NCBI GenBank assembly: GCA_029858285.1 | Contig: JAOUFN010000005.1 | Coordinates: 75,294 to 139,293, forward strand | Direction of reading: 5' to 3' | DNA length: 64,000 nt | Origin: Nitrospirota bacterium | GTDB taxonomy: Bacteria; Nitrospirota; JACRHL01 | Shown: one piece after another, positions 53,913 through 62,987 of the stretch | Layout of the letters: each line of letters begins with the position of its first letter | Position numbering within the stretch: the stretch's first letter is position 1 | Position numbers and translations under genes: made by a program | Notes under the pieces: model-generated | What the model was told of the DNA's origin: nothing | Seen by the model: only the letters and a program-made list of their open reading frames with translations | Database searches by the model: none

Positions 53913-54575
53913 TTACGCGGCGGGGGGCGGAGTCTGCCCCGTGCCGCCCCCGGACTTCTTTCCCTTCACCAGGCGGACGGGGGCGCCAGGAGTGGATTTT
54001 TTGGTGTTCTTCTTCCGTACGGTTTTTTTGGCAGACTTCTTGTCGGTTGCGTCGGCCGTGTCTCCGTCTGCTTTTCCGGGGGAATTTTCGGAAGATATCC
54101 GGGATTTTTCGGGTGCGCGTTTTTCGGGGGCGGCTCCTGTGGGCACGTCCTTGGCGGCAACGGAATCGGGGAGTTCCCGCGCCACACGGTCCAGCACTCC
54201 GTTGACGAAGCGGCTGGAGTCGTCGCCGCCATACCGCTTGGCGATCTCCACCGCCTCATCCAGGGTGACGCGCACCGGCACGTCGTCACCGTACAGTAGT
54301 TCACATACTGCCAGCCGCAGCAGGTTACGGTCCACGCGGCTCATGCGGTCCAAAGTCCAGTTTTCGGCGCAGCGGCGGATGGTGATGTCCAATTCATCCT
54401 TATGCTGGGCCACCTGGGCGACCAGTGCTTCGGCAAAATGGCGTGCCTCCTCCGGGGCTTCCGCCGCCTCCCAGAAGGCATCGCGGGTGATTGGATCGAG
54501 GTGGTCACGGATGCTTCGGTCCTGGGCGAACAGCAGTTGCAGAGCCAGTTCGCGCCCCTTGCGGCGGAGTCCCAC
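53913..54575 (-). CDS. nusB: Transcription antitermination factor NusB with a long C-terminal extension
   Basis: RRKGRELALQ, DRNLLRLA, EAVEIAKRYG...FVNGVLD. Follows ribH. Confidence 0.92.
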   Translation of the reverse strand: MGLRRKGRELALQLLFAQDRSIRDHLDPITRDAFWEAAEAPEEARHFAEALVAQVAQHKDELDITIRRCAENWTLDRMSRVDRNLLRLAVCELLYGDDVPVRVTLDEAVEIAKRYGGDDSSRFVNGVLDRVARELPDSVAAKDVPTGAAPEKRAPEKSRISSENSPGKADGDTADATDKKSAKKTVRKKNTKKSTPGAPVRLVKGKKSGGGTGQTPPPAA

Positions 54576-54578
54576 GGA

Positions 54579-55043
54579 TCAGCCCAGCTCCTTGAGCAGG
54601 TTGACCATTTCCACGCCGCTGCGGGCGGCGTCGAAGCCCTTGTTGCCGGCCTTGGTGCCCGCACGCTCCACTGCCTGTTCGATGGTGTCGGTGGTGAGTA
54701 CCGCGTTGATCACCGGCACGCCGGTTTCCAACGCCACCTGAGCCAGCCCCTTGCTGACCTCTCCGGCCACAAAATCGAAATGCGGGGTGCTGCCGCGGAT
54801 CACCGCACCCAGGCCGACCAGACAGTCGTAATTTCCGGAGGCCGCCATGCGCCGTGCCACCACCGGCATCTCGAACGATCCCGGTACGCGCACCACGGTG
54901 ATGCCGGTGTCGGCCACCCCGGAGCGGAGCAGGCCGTCCAGGCACCCCTCCAGCAGGCGTTCGGTGATCAGGCTGTTGAAGCGCGACACCACCAGGCCGT
55001 AGCGTCCGGTGCCGGTGAGTTTGCCTTCCACGTATTTGGGCAT
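54579..55043 (-). CDS. ribH: 6,7-dimethyl-8-ribityllumazine synthase
   Basis: [33 protein letters not shown]. Confidence 0.97.
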   Translation of the reverse strand: MPKYVEGKLTGTGRYGLVVSRFNSLITERLLEGCLDGLLRSGVADTGITVVRVPGSFEMPVVARRMAASGNYDCLVGLGAVIRGSTPHFDFVAGEVSKGLAQVALETGVPVINAVLTTDTIEQAVERAGTKAGNKGFDAARSGVEMVNLLKELG

Positions 55044-55064
55044 GACGGTCTCCTGTGCCTCTTC

Positions 55065-56312
55065 CTACACTTCGTTGAGCAGGTGGCCGAGCTTGTCTTT
55101 TTTGGTTTTCAGATAACCTGCGTTGTCGACGCCGGGGGTGATCTCCAGCGGGACCCGCTCGACTACCTCCAGGTTGTAGGCCGACAGCCCCACAATCTTG
55201 CGCGGGTTGTTGGTCATCAGGCGAATGCGGCTGAGTCCCAGATTGACCAGAATCTGCGCCCCTACACCATAGTCTCGCAGGTCGGCCTTGAAGCCCAGTG
55301 TCTCATTGGCTTCCACCGTGTCCATGCCCTCGTCCTGCAAGCGGTAGGCGCGGATTTTGTTCACCAATCCGATGCCCCGGCCCTCCTGCTGCATATACAG
55401 CAACACACCCTGGCCTTCTTCCTCAATGCGGCGCATGGCGTGGTGCAACTGGGCCTGACAGTCGCAGCGAAGGGATGACAACACATCGCCGGTGAGGCAT
55501 CCGGAGTGAACCCGCACCAGGGGTGCACCTTTGGAAATGTCGCCCTTCACCAACGCCACATGGGACTGGTGGTCAATCTCGTTTTCGTAGACGATGGCGG
55601 TAAAGTCACCGTACGCGGTGGGCAGTGTGGCCTCCGCGGAGCGCCGCACCAGCAGTTCGTGGCGCACGCGGTAGGCGATCAGGTCGCGGATGGTGACCAT
55701 CAGCAGGTTATGACGCCGCTTGTATTCCACCAGATCTGGCACCCGCGCCATGGTACCGTCATCCTTCATGATCTCGCAGATCACTCCGGCGGGAATCTTG
55801 CCCGCCAGCCGCGCCAGATCGACCGACCCCTCGGTCTGTCCGGCGCGGCGCAGCACACCGCCGGGCACCGAACGCAGCGGAAACACATGGCCGGGACGTA
55901 CCAATTCGTGGGGCAGGCAGGCGGGGTCGCAGGCCTTCTTGATGGTAACCGCCCGATCCTGGGCGGAAATGCCGGTGGACACCCCCTCCCGTGCCTCGAT
56001 GGACACGGTGAACGCAGTGCCAAGCGGGCTGGTGTTGATGGTGCTCATGGGGGTCAGATGCAGGCGTTCCACCTGCTCCGGGGTCAGGGACAGGCAGATC
56101 AGCCCCCGCCCCTCGCGAGCCATGAAGTTGACCGCGTCGGCGGTCACATCCTCGGCGGCCATGACCAGATCGCCCTCGTTTTCGCGATCCTCGTCGTCGA
56201 CCAGGATGATCATGTCGCCCCGGCGGATGGCCTCGATGGCGGCCTCGATGGTGTCGAACGGGGATTTGGCGGAAGACGTTTCGGGGGACTTGTTGCTGTC
56301 AGCTTTGCTCAA
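55065..56312 (-). CDS. ribBA: Bifunctional DHBP synthase / GTP cyclohydrolase II
   Basis: [28 protein letters not shown]...[20 protein letters not shown] start uncertain. Confidence 0.96.
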   Translation of the reverse strand: MSKADSNKSPETSSAKSPFDTIEAAIEAIRRGDMIILVDDEDRENEGDLVMAAEDVTADAVNFMAREGRGLICLSLTPEQVERLHLTPMSTINTSPLGTAFTVSIEAREGVSTGISAQDRAVTIKKACDPACLPHELVRPGHVFPLRSVPGGVLRRAGQTEGSVDLARLAGKIPAGVICEIMKDDGTMARVPDLVEYKRRHNLLMVTIRDLIAYRVRHELLVRRSAEATLPTAYGDFTAIVYENEIDHQSHVALVKGDISKGAPLVRVHSGCLTGDVLSSLRCDCQAQLHHAMRRIEEEGQGVLLYMQQEGRGIGLVNKIRAYRLQDEGMDTVEANETLGFKADLRDYGVGAQILVNLGLSRIRLMTNNPRKIVGLSAYNLEVVERVPLEITPGVDNAGYLKTKKDKLGHLLNEV

Positions 56313-56486
56313 GGGACGGCGGCTCCCGGCGGGCCCGAAAGGGGCGCCGCATACAATGCACGGAAAATGTGGCAGTGTAGGGAGCGGAAGGTCTGATTGT
56401 CAATGGCGGCGCGCCCCGCAGGGCGATGAACGGCGCGCCCCCCTGGCGGTTCATCTTTGCGATGGCCGGCACGTACCGGTGGTCTG

Positions 56487-57299
56487 TTACCAGGCTGGGC
56501 CGCCGCCCCCGCCACCTCCGGTATTCGCCGTTGGGCGATGTGGGTGGGGATCAAGTTCGTTGCCGGTGACCGGGTCGCGCAGGTTGATGGTGCCCGGGGT
56601 TTTGTTGACGATGGCCTTCTCCATGATCAGTTCCGAGAGCAGACGGCAGGTCTCGAAGACCCCCATGCCGCTGCTGCGCACCACCTGATCCACGGTGAGG
56701 GTACCGTCCACCAACTCGAACACCTGGGTGTGGGGCGGTGTTGCGGTATTGCGGCGCGGCTTCTCCTCGGGGTTCTTTTCGAACACCGCGTCGGCGCCTT
56801 GAATGTTGCCGGCGATGGATGGCCACTCATCCAGCCGCCTGGCCCCTTCCATGAGCAGAAATTCGGTGTTGATGGGGGTAACCAGACTGGCGTCGTACTT
56901 CACCGGCAGGCGCTCGAACATGTATTCCGAATCCTGGTGGAAAAACAGGTTGAGGGCGGTTTCCTGAAGCTGGAAACCAAGGGCCCGGGCGACGTCGTCC
57001 TGGGTGATTTTGCCCATTTCCGCGAGCATCATGCCCAGGGGCAGGCGCTTTTCTTCCTGCTGACGCAGGGCGGTGGCCAGGGTTTCGCGGTCGATGTAGC
57101 CCTGCCGCAGCAGAATTTCTCCCACCCGCGGCATGCCGCGCTCATCGGTGGAGGCATAAACCAGCTTGCCTTTTTCGAAGCCCAGAACCCACAGATTGCT
57201 GCCCTTGCGCACCGTGAGTCGCCCGGTCTTCTTCTGGTAGTGGATCAACTGGATGATGTCGGAAACGGTAAAGTCCTGGAATGATCCCTTGAGACCCAT
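56487..57299 (-). CDS. DUF4388 (PatA N-terminal-like) protein
   Basis: LKGSFQDF...DIIQLI...KKTGRL, GEILL, LLMEGARRLDEW, LVDG. Confidence 0.82.
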   Translation of the reverse strand: MGLKGSFQDFTVSDIIQLIHYQKKTGRLTVRKGSNLWVLGFEKGKLVYASTDERGMPRVGEILLRQGYIDRETLATALRQQEEKRLPLGMMLAEMGKITQDDVARALGFQLQETALNLFFHQDSEYMFERLPVKYDASLVTPINTEFLLMEGARRLDEWPSIAGNIQGADAVFEKNPEEKPRRNTATPPHTQVFELVDGTLTVDQVVRSSGMGVFETCRLLSELIMEKAIVNKTPGTINLRDPVTGNELDPHPHRPTANTGGGGGGGPAW

Positions 57300-57580
57300 G
57301 GCACCTTCTCACTTGAGTGCAAAGACAGATTGTCCCTCAGGTCCTTATCGGCAGTGGTGGCGGCGAAGGTTAGCCTGAAACGGGGGATTTTCGCCCCCGC
57401 ATCCGCAAGGTGGCCGCTCTGGCCGGTGCTTGACACTCCCGGGCCGCAGCGCAACAATCCGGAACCGGTGTCCTTGATCGTTTTTCCGGTGCCTCCGGCC
57501 CTTTTTAGCCGTCCCGGGGGCTTTTTTCGGGGAAAAATTACCCCGGTTCGCCGACAACCCCAACCGTGTGAGGCTTTTCC

Positions 57581-59278
57581 ATGTCCGTGCCGTCCGATAT
57601 CGAGATCGCCCAGGCCGCGACCCTGCTGCCGGTTCAGGAAATTGCCCAGCGCCTCGGTCTGTCCGGGGACGATTTGGAACTGTATGGCCGCTACAAGGCC
57701 AAGGTCCATCTGGACGTGCTGGAGCGCCTGCGGGATCGTCCGAACGGCAAATACATCGACGTGACCGCCATCACCCCCACCCCTCTGGGGGAGGGCAAGA
57801 CCACCACCACGGTGGGGTTGGGCATGGGGTTGAACCACATCGGCAAGAATGCCGTCATTACCATCCGCCAGCCGTCCCTGGGACCGGTGTTCGGCATCAA
57901 GGGCGGGGCGGCGGGAGGGGGATACAGCCAGGTGGTACCGATGGAGGATTTCAACCTCCACTTTACCGGCGACATTCACGCCATCGGCGCTGCCCATAAC
58001 CTTCTGGCGGCGTTTATCGACAATCACCTGCACCACGGCAACCGGTTGCGGCTGGACGTACACTCCATCACGTGGAACCGGGTGGTGGATATCTCCGACC
58101 GCGCCTTGCGCAATGTGGTCGTGGGCCTGGGGGGCAAGGCTGACGGTGTTACCCGCGAGAGCCATTTCGATATTACCGTGGCCAGTGAGGTGATGGCGAT
58201 CATGGCCCTGACCACCTCCCTGTCCGACCTGCGCGAGCGGCTGGGGCGCATCATCGTGGCCCACGATGTGGAAGGGCGGCCGGTGACGGCCCAGGATCTG
58301 GGGTGTGCCGGGGCTATGGCGGTACTGCTGAAGGACGCCATCATGCCCAACCTGGTGCAGACGGTGGAGAACACTCCAGCTTTCGTACACTGCGGGCCGT
58401 TCGCCAACATCGCCCATGGCAACAGCAGTGTGCTGGCCGACCAGATCGCCCTCAAGTGCGCCGACTATGTGGTCACCGAGAGCGGGTTCGGGGCCGACAT
58501 GGGGTGTGAAAAATTCATGAACATCAAGTGCCGTTACTCTGGTCTCACCCCGGATGCGGTGGTGATCGTGGCCACCATCCGCGCCCTCAAGATGCATGGC
58601 GGTGTGGGCAGGATTGTGGCCGGCAAGCCGCTGGCCGAGGAACTGCTTACCGAAAACGTGGCGGCGGTGGAAAAAGGGTGCCAGAACCTCATCAAGCAGA
58701 TTCACAACGTCAAGAGTTTCGGGGTGCAGCCGGTGGTGTGCATCAATAGCTTTCCCACCGACACGGCTGCCGAGGTGGAGGCGATCCGCCGCCTGTGCGG
58801 CGCCGAGGGGGTGGAGGCGGTGAGCAGCCACCACTGGGCCAAGGGCGGCGCAGGTGCCGCCGATCTGGCGCGGGCGGTGGTAAACGCGGCGGAGCGCCCC
58901 AACCAGTTCCGCTTCCTTTATGAATTGTCGGCATCCATCGAGGAGAAGCTGCGCACCGTGGCCACCCGCATCTACGGGGCGCGGGATGTGGAGTTTTCCC
59001 CCAAGGCCAAAAAGTCCATTGAGCAGCTTACCCAGCAGGGATATGCCAACCTGCCGGTGTGTGTCGCCAAGACCCACCTGTCGCTGTCCCACGATCCCAA
59101 GCTGCTGGGGGCGCCCAGCGGCTTCATGTTCCCGGTGCGCGACATCAAGGTGAGCGCCGGGGCCGGGTTCCTTTATGCATTAGCGGGGGACATCCGCACC
59201 ATGCCGGGGCTTCCCAGTCGCCCGGCGGGCGAGAAGGTGGATCTTGACGAGAACGGCAAAATTGTCGGGTTGTTCTAG
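57581..59278 (+). CDS. fhs: Formate--tetrahydrofolate ligase
   Basis: TAITPTPLGEGKTT, GIKGGAAGGGYSQ, GPFANIAHG, RTMPGL. Confidence 0.97.
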   Translation: MSVPSDIEIAQAATLLPVQEIAQRLGLSGDDLELYGRYKAKVHLDVLERLRDRPNGKYIDVTAITPTPLGEGKTTTTVGLGMGLNHIGKNAVITIRQPSLGPVFGIKGGAAGGGYSQVVPMEDFNLHFTGDIHAIGAAHNLLAAFIDNHLHHGNRLRLDVHSITWNRVVDISDRALRNVVVGLGGKADGVTRESHFDITVASEVMAIMALTTSLSDLRERLGRIIVAHDVEGRPVTAQDLGCAGAMAVLLKDAIMPNLVQTVENTPAFVHCGPFANIAHGNSSVLADQIALKCADYVVTESGFGADMGCEKFMNIKCRYSGLTPDAVVIVATIRALKMHGGVGRIVAGKPLAEELLTENVAAVEKGCQNLIKQIHNVKSFGVQPVVCINSFPTDTAAEVEAIRRLCGAEGVEAVSSHHWAKGGAGAADLARAVVNAAERPNQFRFLYELSASIEEKLRTVATRIYGARDVEFSPKAKKSIEQLTQQGYANLPVCVAKTHLSLSHDPKLLGAPSGFMFPVRDIKVSAGAGFLYALAGDIRTMPGLPSRPAGEKVDLDENGKIVGLF

Positions 59279-59282
59279 ATCA

Positions 59283-59903
59283 ATGACCAGCGGTGCTGGC
59301 ATGCGTCCGGAGACGTACCGCAGCGGCGGCCCCACCGACCACGAACTCCTCGATATCGTGGACTCAGGCAACCGGGTGATCGGCCAGGCCACGCGCCGGG
59401 AGATTCACGAGCGGGGGCTGATGCACCGCTCGGTACATGTGTTTCTGGTGGACCCCCAATCGCGCCTGTACATCCAGAAACGCGCCGCCAGCAAGGAGAC
59501 CTTTCCCGGCGCCCACGACTCCTCCGCCGCCGGTCATGTGAATGCCGGGGAGGACTATTTCGCCTGTGCGGTGCGCGAGGTCGAGGAAGAACTGGGGCTG
59601 TCCGCCGACCAGCACCGGATGGTGCAAATTTGCGAACTGGAGGCCGGGGAGGACAACGGTTGGGAACATGTGCGCTTCTATGTGGCGCAGACCAGCCACG
59701 AACCGACGCCGGACCCGGTGGAAGTGGCCCATGGGGCTTTTTACGACCTGGATCAGGTGGAAGACCTGATTGCGGACTCGGCGAACCACTTCGCCCCCAC
59801 ATTCCGCGCCCTGTACATCCTGTACGCTACACGTCTGCACCGCATGGTGGAAAGCGGTGATCTTTTCCGGCATTTGCCCAACGCGCATCCGCACGAACAC
59901 TGA
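59283..59903 (+). CDS. Nudix hydrolase (IDI/YfcD-like)
   Basis: HRSVHVF, Nudix box GHVNAGE...AVREVEEELG. Confidence 0.85.
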   Translation: MTSGAGMRPETYRSGGPTDHELLDIVDSGNRVIGQATRREIHERGLMHRSVHVFLVDPQSRLYIQKRAASKETFPGAHDSSAAGHVNAGEDYFACAVREVEEELGLSADQHRMVQICELEAGEDNGWEHVRFYVAQTSHEPTPDPVEVAHGAFYDLDQVEDLIADSANHFAPTFRALYILYATRLHRMVESGDLFRHLPNAHPHEH

Positions 59904-60330
59904 TTCTGCCTAGGCGTGCCCGTTATTGCAGATCGACAGGCTCTTTTCCGATAAGACCGTGGGTCGTTTGGGGGACGTTTGTGGTCCCCCCTCACTGCCA
60001 CGGGAAGGGGAAAATCGATGCAAGATGGGGATGCACTGCGTTTCAAGTCGGCGCGCCGGGCGCATGTGGGTGCCGGTTCAACGGAAGTTCCCACAGGTGG
60101 ACTCAAGGTTCCGGGGTTGCTCGGTGTCCGGCGGCGCACGCTGGTATGGCTGCTGCAACGGCTGCGGTCCTCCCGCATCTCTCTGGGGGTGGCGCTGTTC
60201 GATTTTGCCCTGTGGGCGCCGGTCTGGCACGCGATCACCCATTTTTTCCTGTTCGATCTGGATCATACCGATACCGGACAGTTTGTCGGGCTGGCCCTGT
60301 TTGCCCCGCCATCTCAAGTGGCGCTGGCTA

Positions 60331-61122
60331 CTACCCCGGCTGGAGCATGTCCGCCGCTTGCCGGGCCGCCTGCTGGAAGGCCGTTTCCAGCTCCTGGCGC
60401 AGGGGGGTACCGTTGTCCTCGGCCCACTGGATGAACTTGTGCCGGTTTTTGCCGGTGTAACTGAACGGCCGGGAACCCAGGGGGGCGCCGGCGGCGTCCA
60501 GCAGTGTGGCGGTGCCGGTCATGGTCAGCCACAGACGCGGGTTGATGCCTTTTTTTGTGGCTACCAGGGTGATTTGCGTCACCTCCATGCGCAGGCTGGG
60601 GCTGGCCGTGGACTCGCTTGCGGCGTCCAGCGTGACCTGTCCGTTCCGCTGCACGGCATCTGCCGTCGCCATTGCCATGAACAACCTCAGGGATGGGTCG
60701 CCCACCGTGCCCAGGATGACCGTGCGCGCCGAATTCACGTTGTCGTCGTCCTCGGCGGCTACCGCCCCCACCACGCCGCTGACGACCATCGCTACCGGCG
60801 CCAGGCCAATGGCCAGCAGCGCCCCGGCGCCGGCGCTGCTGTTGGAGGCTCCATCCAGCATCATGCTGCCGCCGCTCATGGCGCCGCGCGCGGCCCCTTC
60901 TCCGGCCCCGGTGGCGGGCAGGGACAACTGCGGATCAGGAAGGTCCATCACCTGCACATGTACCGGACCGGATACGGAGAAGCGCGGCGCTTCGGCCTTG
61001 ACCCCGTGACCGGCGCAGCCCCCGGACAGCAGTGCCGCGACGGCCAGCGCCGCCGCGGAACGGGTGACGATGGGCCGGATGCGGATGGTGGCAGTGGGTA
61101 CCAAAGGTGGCGTTCCGTGCAT
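60331..61122 (-). CDS. Hypothetical lipoprotein with a glycine-zipper-like segment
   Basis: Lipobox-like LLSGGC, GAGEGAARGA...GVVGAV. GGAG SD. Confidence 0.6.
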   Translation of the reverse strand: MHGTPPLVPTATIRIRPIVTRSAAALAVAALLSGGCAGHGVKAEAPRFSVSGPVHVQVMDLPDPQLSLPATGAGEGAARGAMSGGSMMLDGASNSSAGAGALLAIGLAPVAMVVSGVVGAVAAEDDDNVNSARTVILGTVGDPSLRLFMAMATADAVQRNGQVTLDAASESTASPSLRMEVTQITLVATKKGINPRLWLTMTGTATLLDAAGAPLGSRPFSYTGKNRHKFIQWAEDNGTPLRQELETAFQQAARQAADMLQPG

Positions 61123-61261
61123 GGCAAAAGCTCCCCCAATGTGTGAAAAGAACATCAAACGCTCCACCACTATTTCCCAATGGAAAGGGAGCGTCAAGTG
61201 GGAAGAAATCAGTCCGGCGTGGCTGCCCGATGAATTTGTCCGACAGAGCCGTCTGGATATT

Positions 61262-62659
61262 TCAGCGCAGGATGGCCAGAAGTGGCCCGACGCCCTCTCG
61301 CACCATGTGCAGCAGCAGGGGGCGGCCGTCTTGTATGGGCAGTTTTTGCAGGGCTTCCAGACCGTCCACCGGAACGCGGTTGACGGCCAGGATGCGGTCG
61401 CCCTCGCGCAGTCCCGCGCTCCACGCCCGGCTGCCCGGGGTTACCTCGAGAATGGCCACTCCGCCGCCGCTGGCGGTGCCCAGGCTGGCGCCCGCCAGCA
61501 GGGGGGAGATATCTGCCCCAATCGCACGCGACCCCCACTGGTCGGAAACGATGAAGGTGAGGGTGCTGTGTCTGGAATCGCGCACGATTTCGATTTCTGC
61601 CAGTTCCCCTACACGCAGAAGTCCCAGCCGGTTGTGCAGGTCGGCGGCGCGCCGCACCGGACGTCCGGCCACTCCCACCACCACGTCACCGGTGCGGATG
61701 CCCGCCTTCTGGGCCGGGGAGCCGGGGGTGACCTGGGCGATGAGCACGCCGTGGGCGCTTTCCAGCCCCAGAGTTCGGGCCAGGGCCGGAGTGAGATCCT
61801 GTCCCGCCACCCCCAGGCGACCACGGCGCACGGCACCGTATTTGAGCAACTGTTCCATTACATCCCGCGCCAGGTTGATGGGGATGGCAAAGCCGATGCC
61901 CACGTTGCCGCCGCCGGGGCCAAGGATGGCGGTATTGATGCCCACCAGTTCGCCCTTGAGGTTGACCAGTGCGCCACCGGAGTTGCCGGGATTGATGGAG
62001 GCGTCGGTCTGGATGAAGTCCTCATAGCCCTCGATGCCGAGGCCGCTGCGCCCCACCGCCGACACGATGCCGCTGGTGACCGTCTGGCCGATACCGAAGG
62101 GGTTGCCGATGGCGACCACGAAATCCCCCACCCGCACCTGTTCGGAATTGGCCATGGGCAATGCGGCGAGTTCTTTGGTGTCCACGCGGATCACCGCCAC
62201 ATCGGTGTCCGGGTCGCTGCCCACCAACTCCGCAGAGAGGGCGCGTCCATCCTTGAAGTTGACCTCAATCAGGCTGGCGTCACCCACCACATGGTGGTTG
62301 GTGAGGACCAGGCCGCGCCTGGCGTCCACCACCACGCCGGAACCCATGGAGTTCTCCGGTTTGGCCTCCTGCTGGGGCAGGTTGTAGAACCAGCGCGACA
62401 GAGGGTCGGCTGGTTGGTCCTGAGGGGTGCGTTTGCGGGTGACAATGCCCACCACCGCCGGGGTGGCCTGTTCCAGCATCGGTGCTAGAGTCGGCAGGGC
62501 CGTTCCCTGACTGTCCACCGGTGGCAGAGTGGCCGTGGATGGGGTGGCCAGTAACAGGACGGTGGACCATATCAGCCATGTGTATGTAAGCCACGTGCGC
62601 GCCAGCCGCTCAGGGTATTGGCGAAAGCAGGCGGGGCAGGGTGGAATGGCTGGCTGCAT
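61262..62659 (-). CDS. DegP/DegQ (HtrA) serine endopeptidase with two PDZ domains
   Basis: TNHHV, DVAVI, IGNPFG, QTDASINPGNSGG. Start at 62659 inferred from the GGAG SD. Confidence 0.93.
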   Translation of the reverse strand: MQPAIPPCPACFRQYPERLARTWLTYTWLIWSTVLLLATPSTATLPPVDSQGTALPTLAPMLEQATPAVVGIVTRKRTPQDQPADPLSRWFYNLPQQEAKPENSMGSGVVVDARRGLVLTNHHVVGDASLIEVNFKDGRALSAELVGSDPDTDVAVIRVDTKELAALPMANSEQVRVGDFVVAIGNPFGIGQTVTSGIVSAVGRSGLGIEGYEDFIQTDASINPGNSGGALVNLKGELVGINTAILGPGGGNVGIGFAIPINLARDVMEQLLKYGAVRRGRLGVAGQDLTPALARTLGLESAHGVLIAQVTPGSPAQKAGIRTGDVVVGVAGRPVRRAADLHNRLGLLRVGELAEIEIVRDSRHSTLTFIVSDQWGSRAIGADISPLLAGASLGTASGGGVAILEVTPGSRAWSAGLREGDRILAVNRVPVDGLEALQKLPIQDGRPLLLHMVREGVGPLLAILR

Positions 62660-62827
62660 GTGGTTTCTCCCTGGGGTGGCTGATCCACCCCGGCGGGTGG
62701 GTCCGTGGTGATGGTGATAATCCCCCGGATGTGGCGTGTCAACCTCGCCGTTCCGGTTTGTCATGCCCAACGGCCCCCGCATAGTGGTCCGATCTCAGGA
62801 AATACTGTATATTTATTATGCATAAAA

Positions 62828-62865
62828 TGCCGTGCCGTGCCGTGCCGTGCCGTGCCGTGCCGTGC
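62828..62865 (+). repeat. Pentanucleotide microsatellite (TGCCG)7
   Basis: Seven perfect copies (62828-62862) plus a partial TGC, in a divergent intergenic region. Confidence 0.95.
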
Positions 62866-62987
62866 GTCCTGTCCGGCGGTGTGTTTGGTGTTTGGTCGGG
62901 TGCGGTGTATCTTGAACAATCAGGGTGTTTGCTCTTCCGATGTGGCGGGAGAGCCGGGTCTCGGGTGGTGTAAGCGAGGATCAGGGC

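Noticed and set aside
56313..56486. FMN riboswitch upstream of ribBA
   Set aside because: No RFN consensus. Only a TTGACA-N18-TACACT promoter and GC hairpins.
57581..59278. fhs as evidence for a Wood-Ljungdahl pathway
   Set aside because: No acs/cdh, folD or metF genes in the window. fhs alone fits general one-carbon supply.
59985..60012. Cobalamin-riboswitch-like CACTG...GGGAAGG
   Set aside because: The upstream conserved core and downstream B12-box elements are absent.
62803..62822. LexA/SOS box-like CTGTATATTTAT
   Set aside because: Right half-site is TATG rather than ACAG, and no SOS gene is adjacent.
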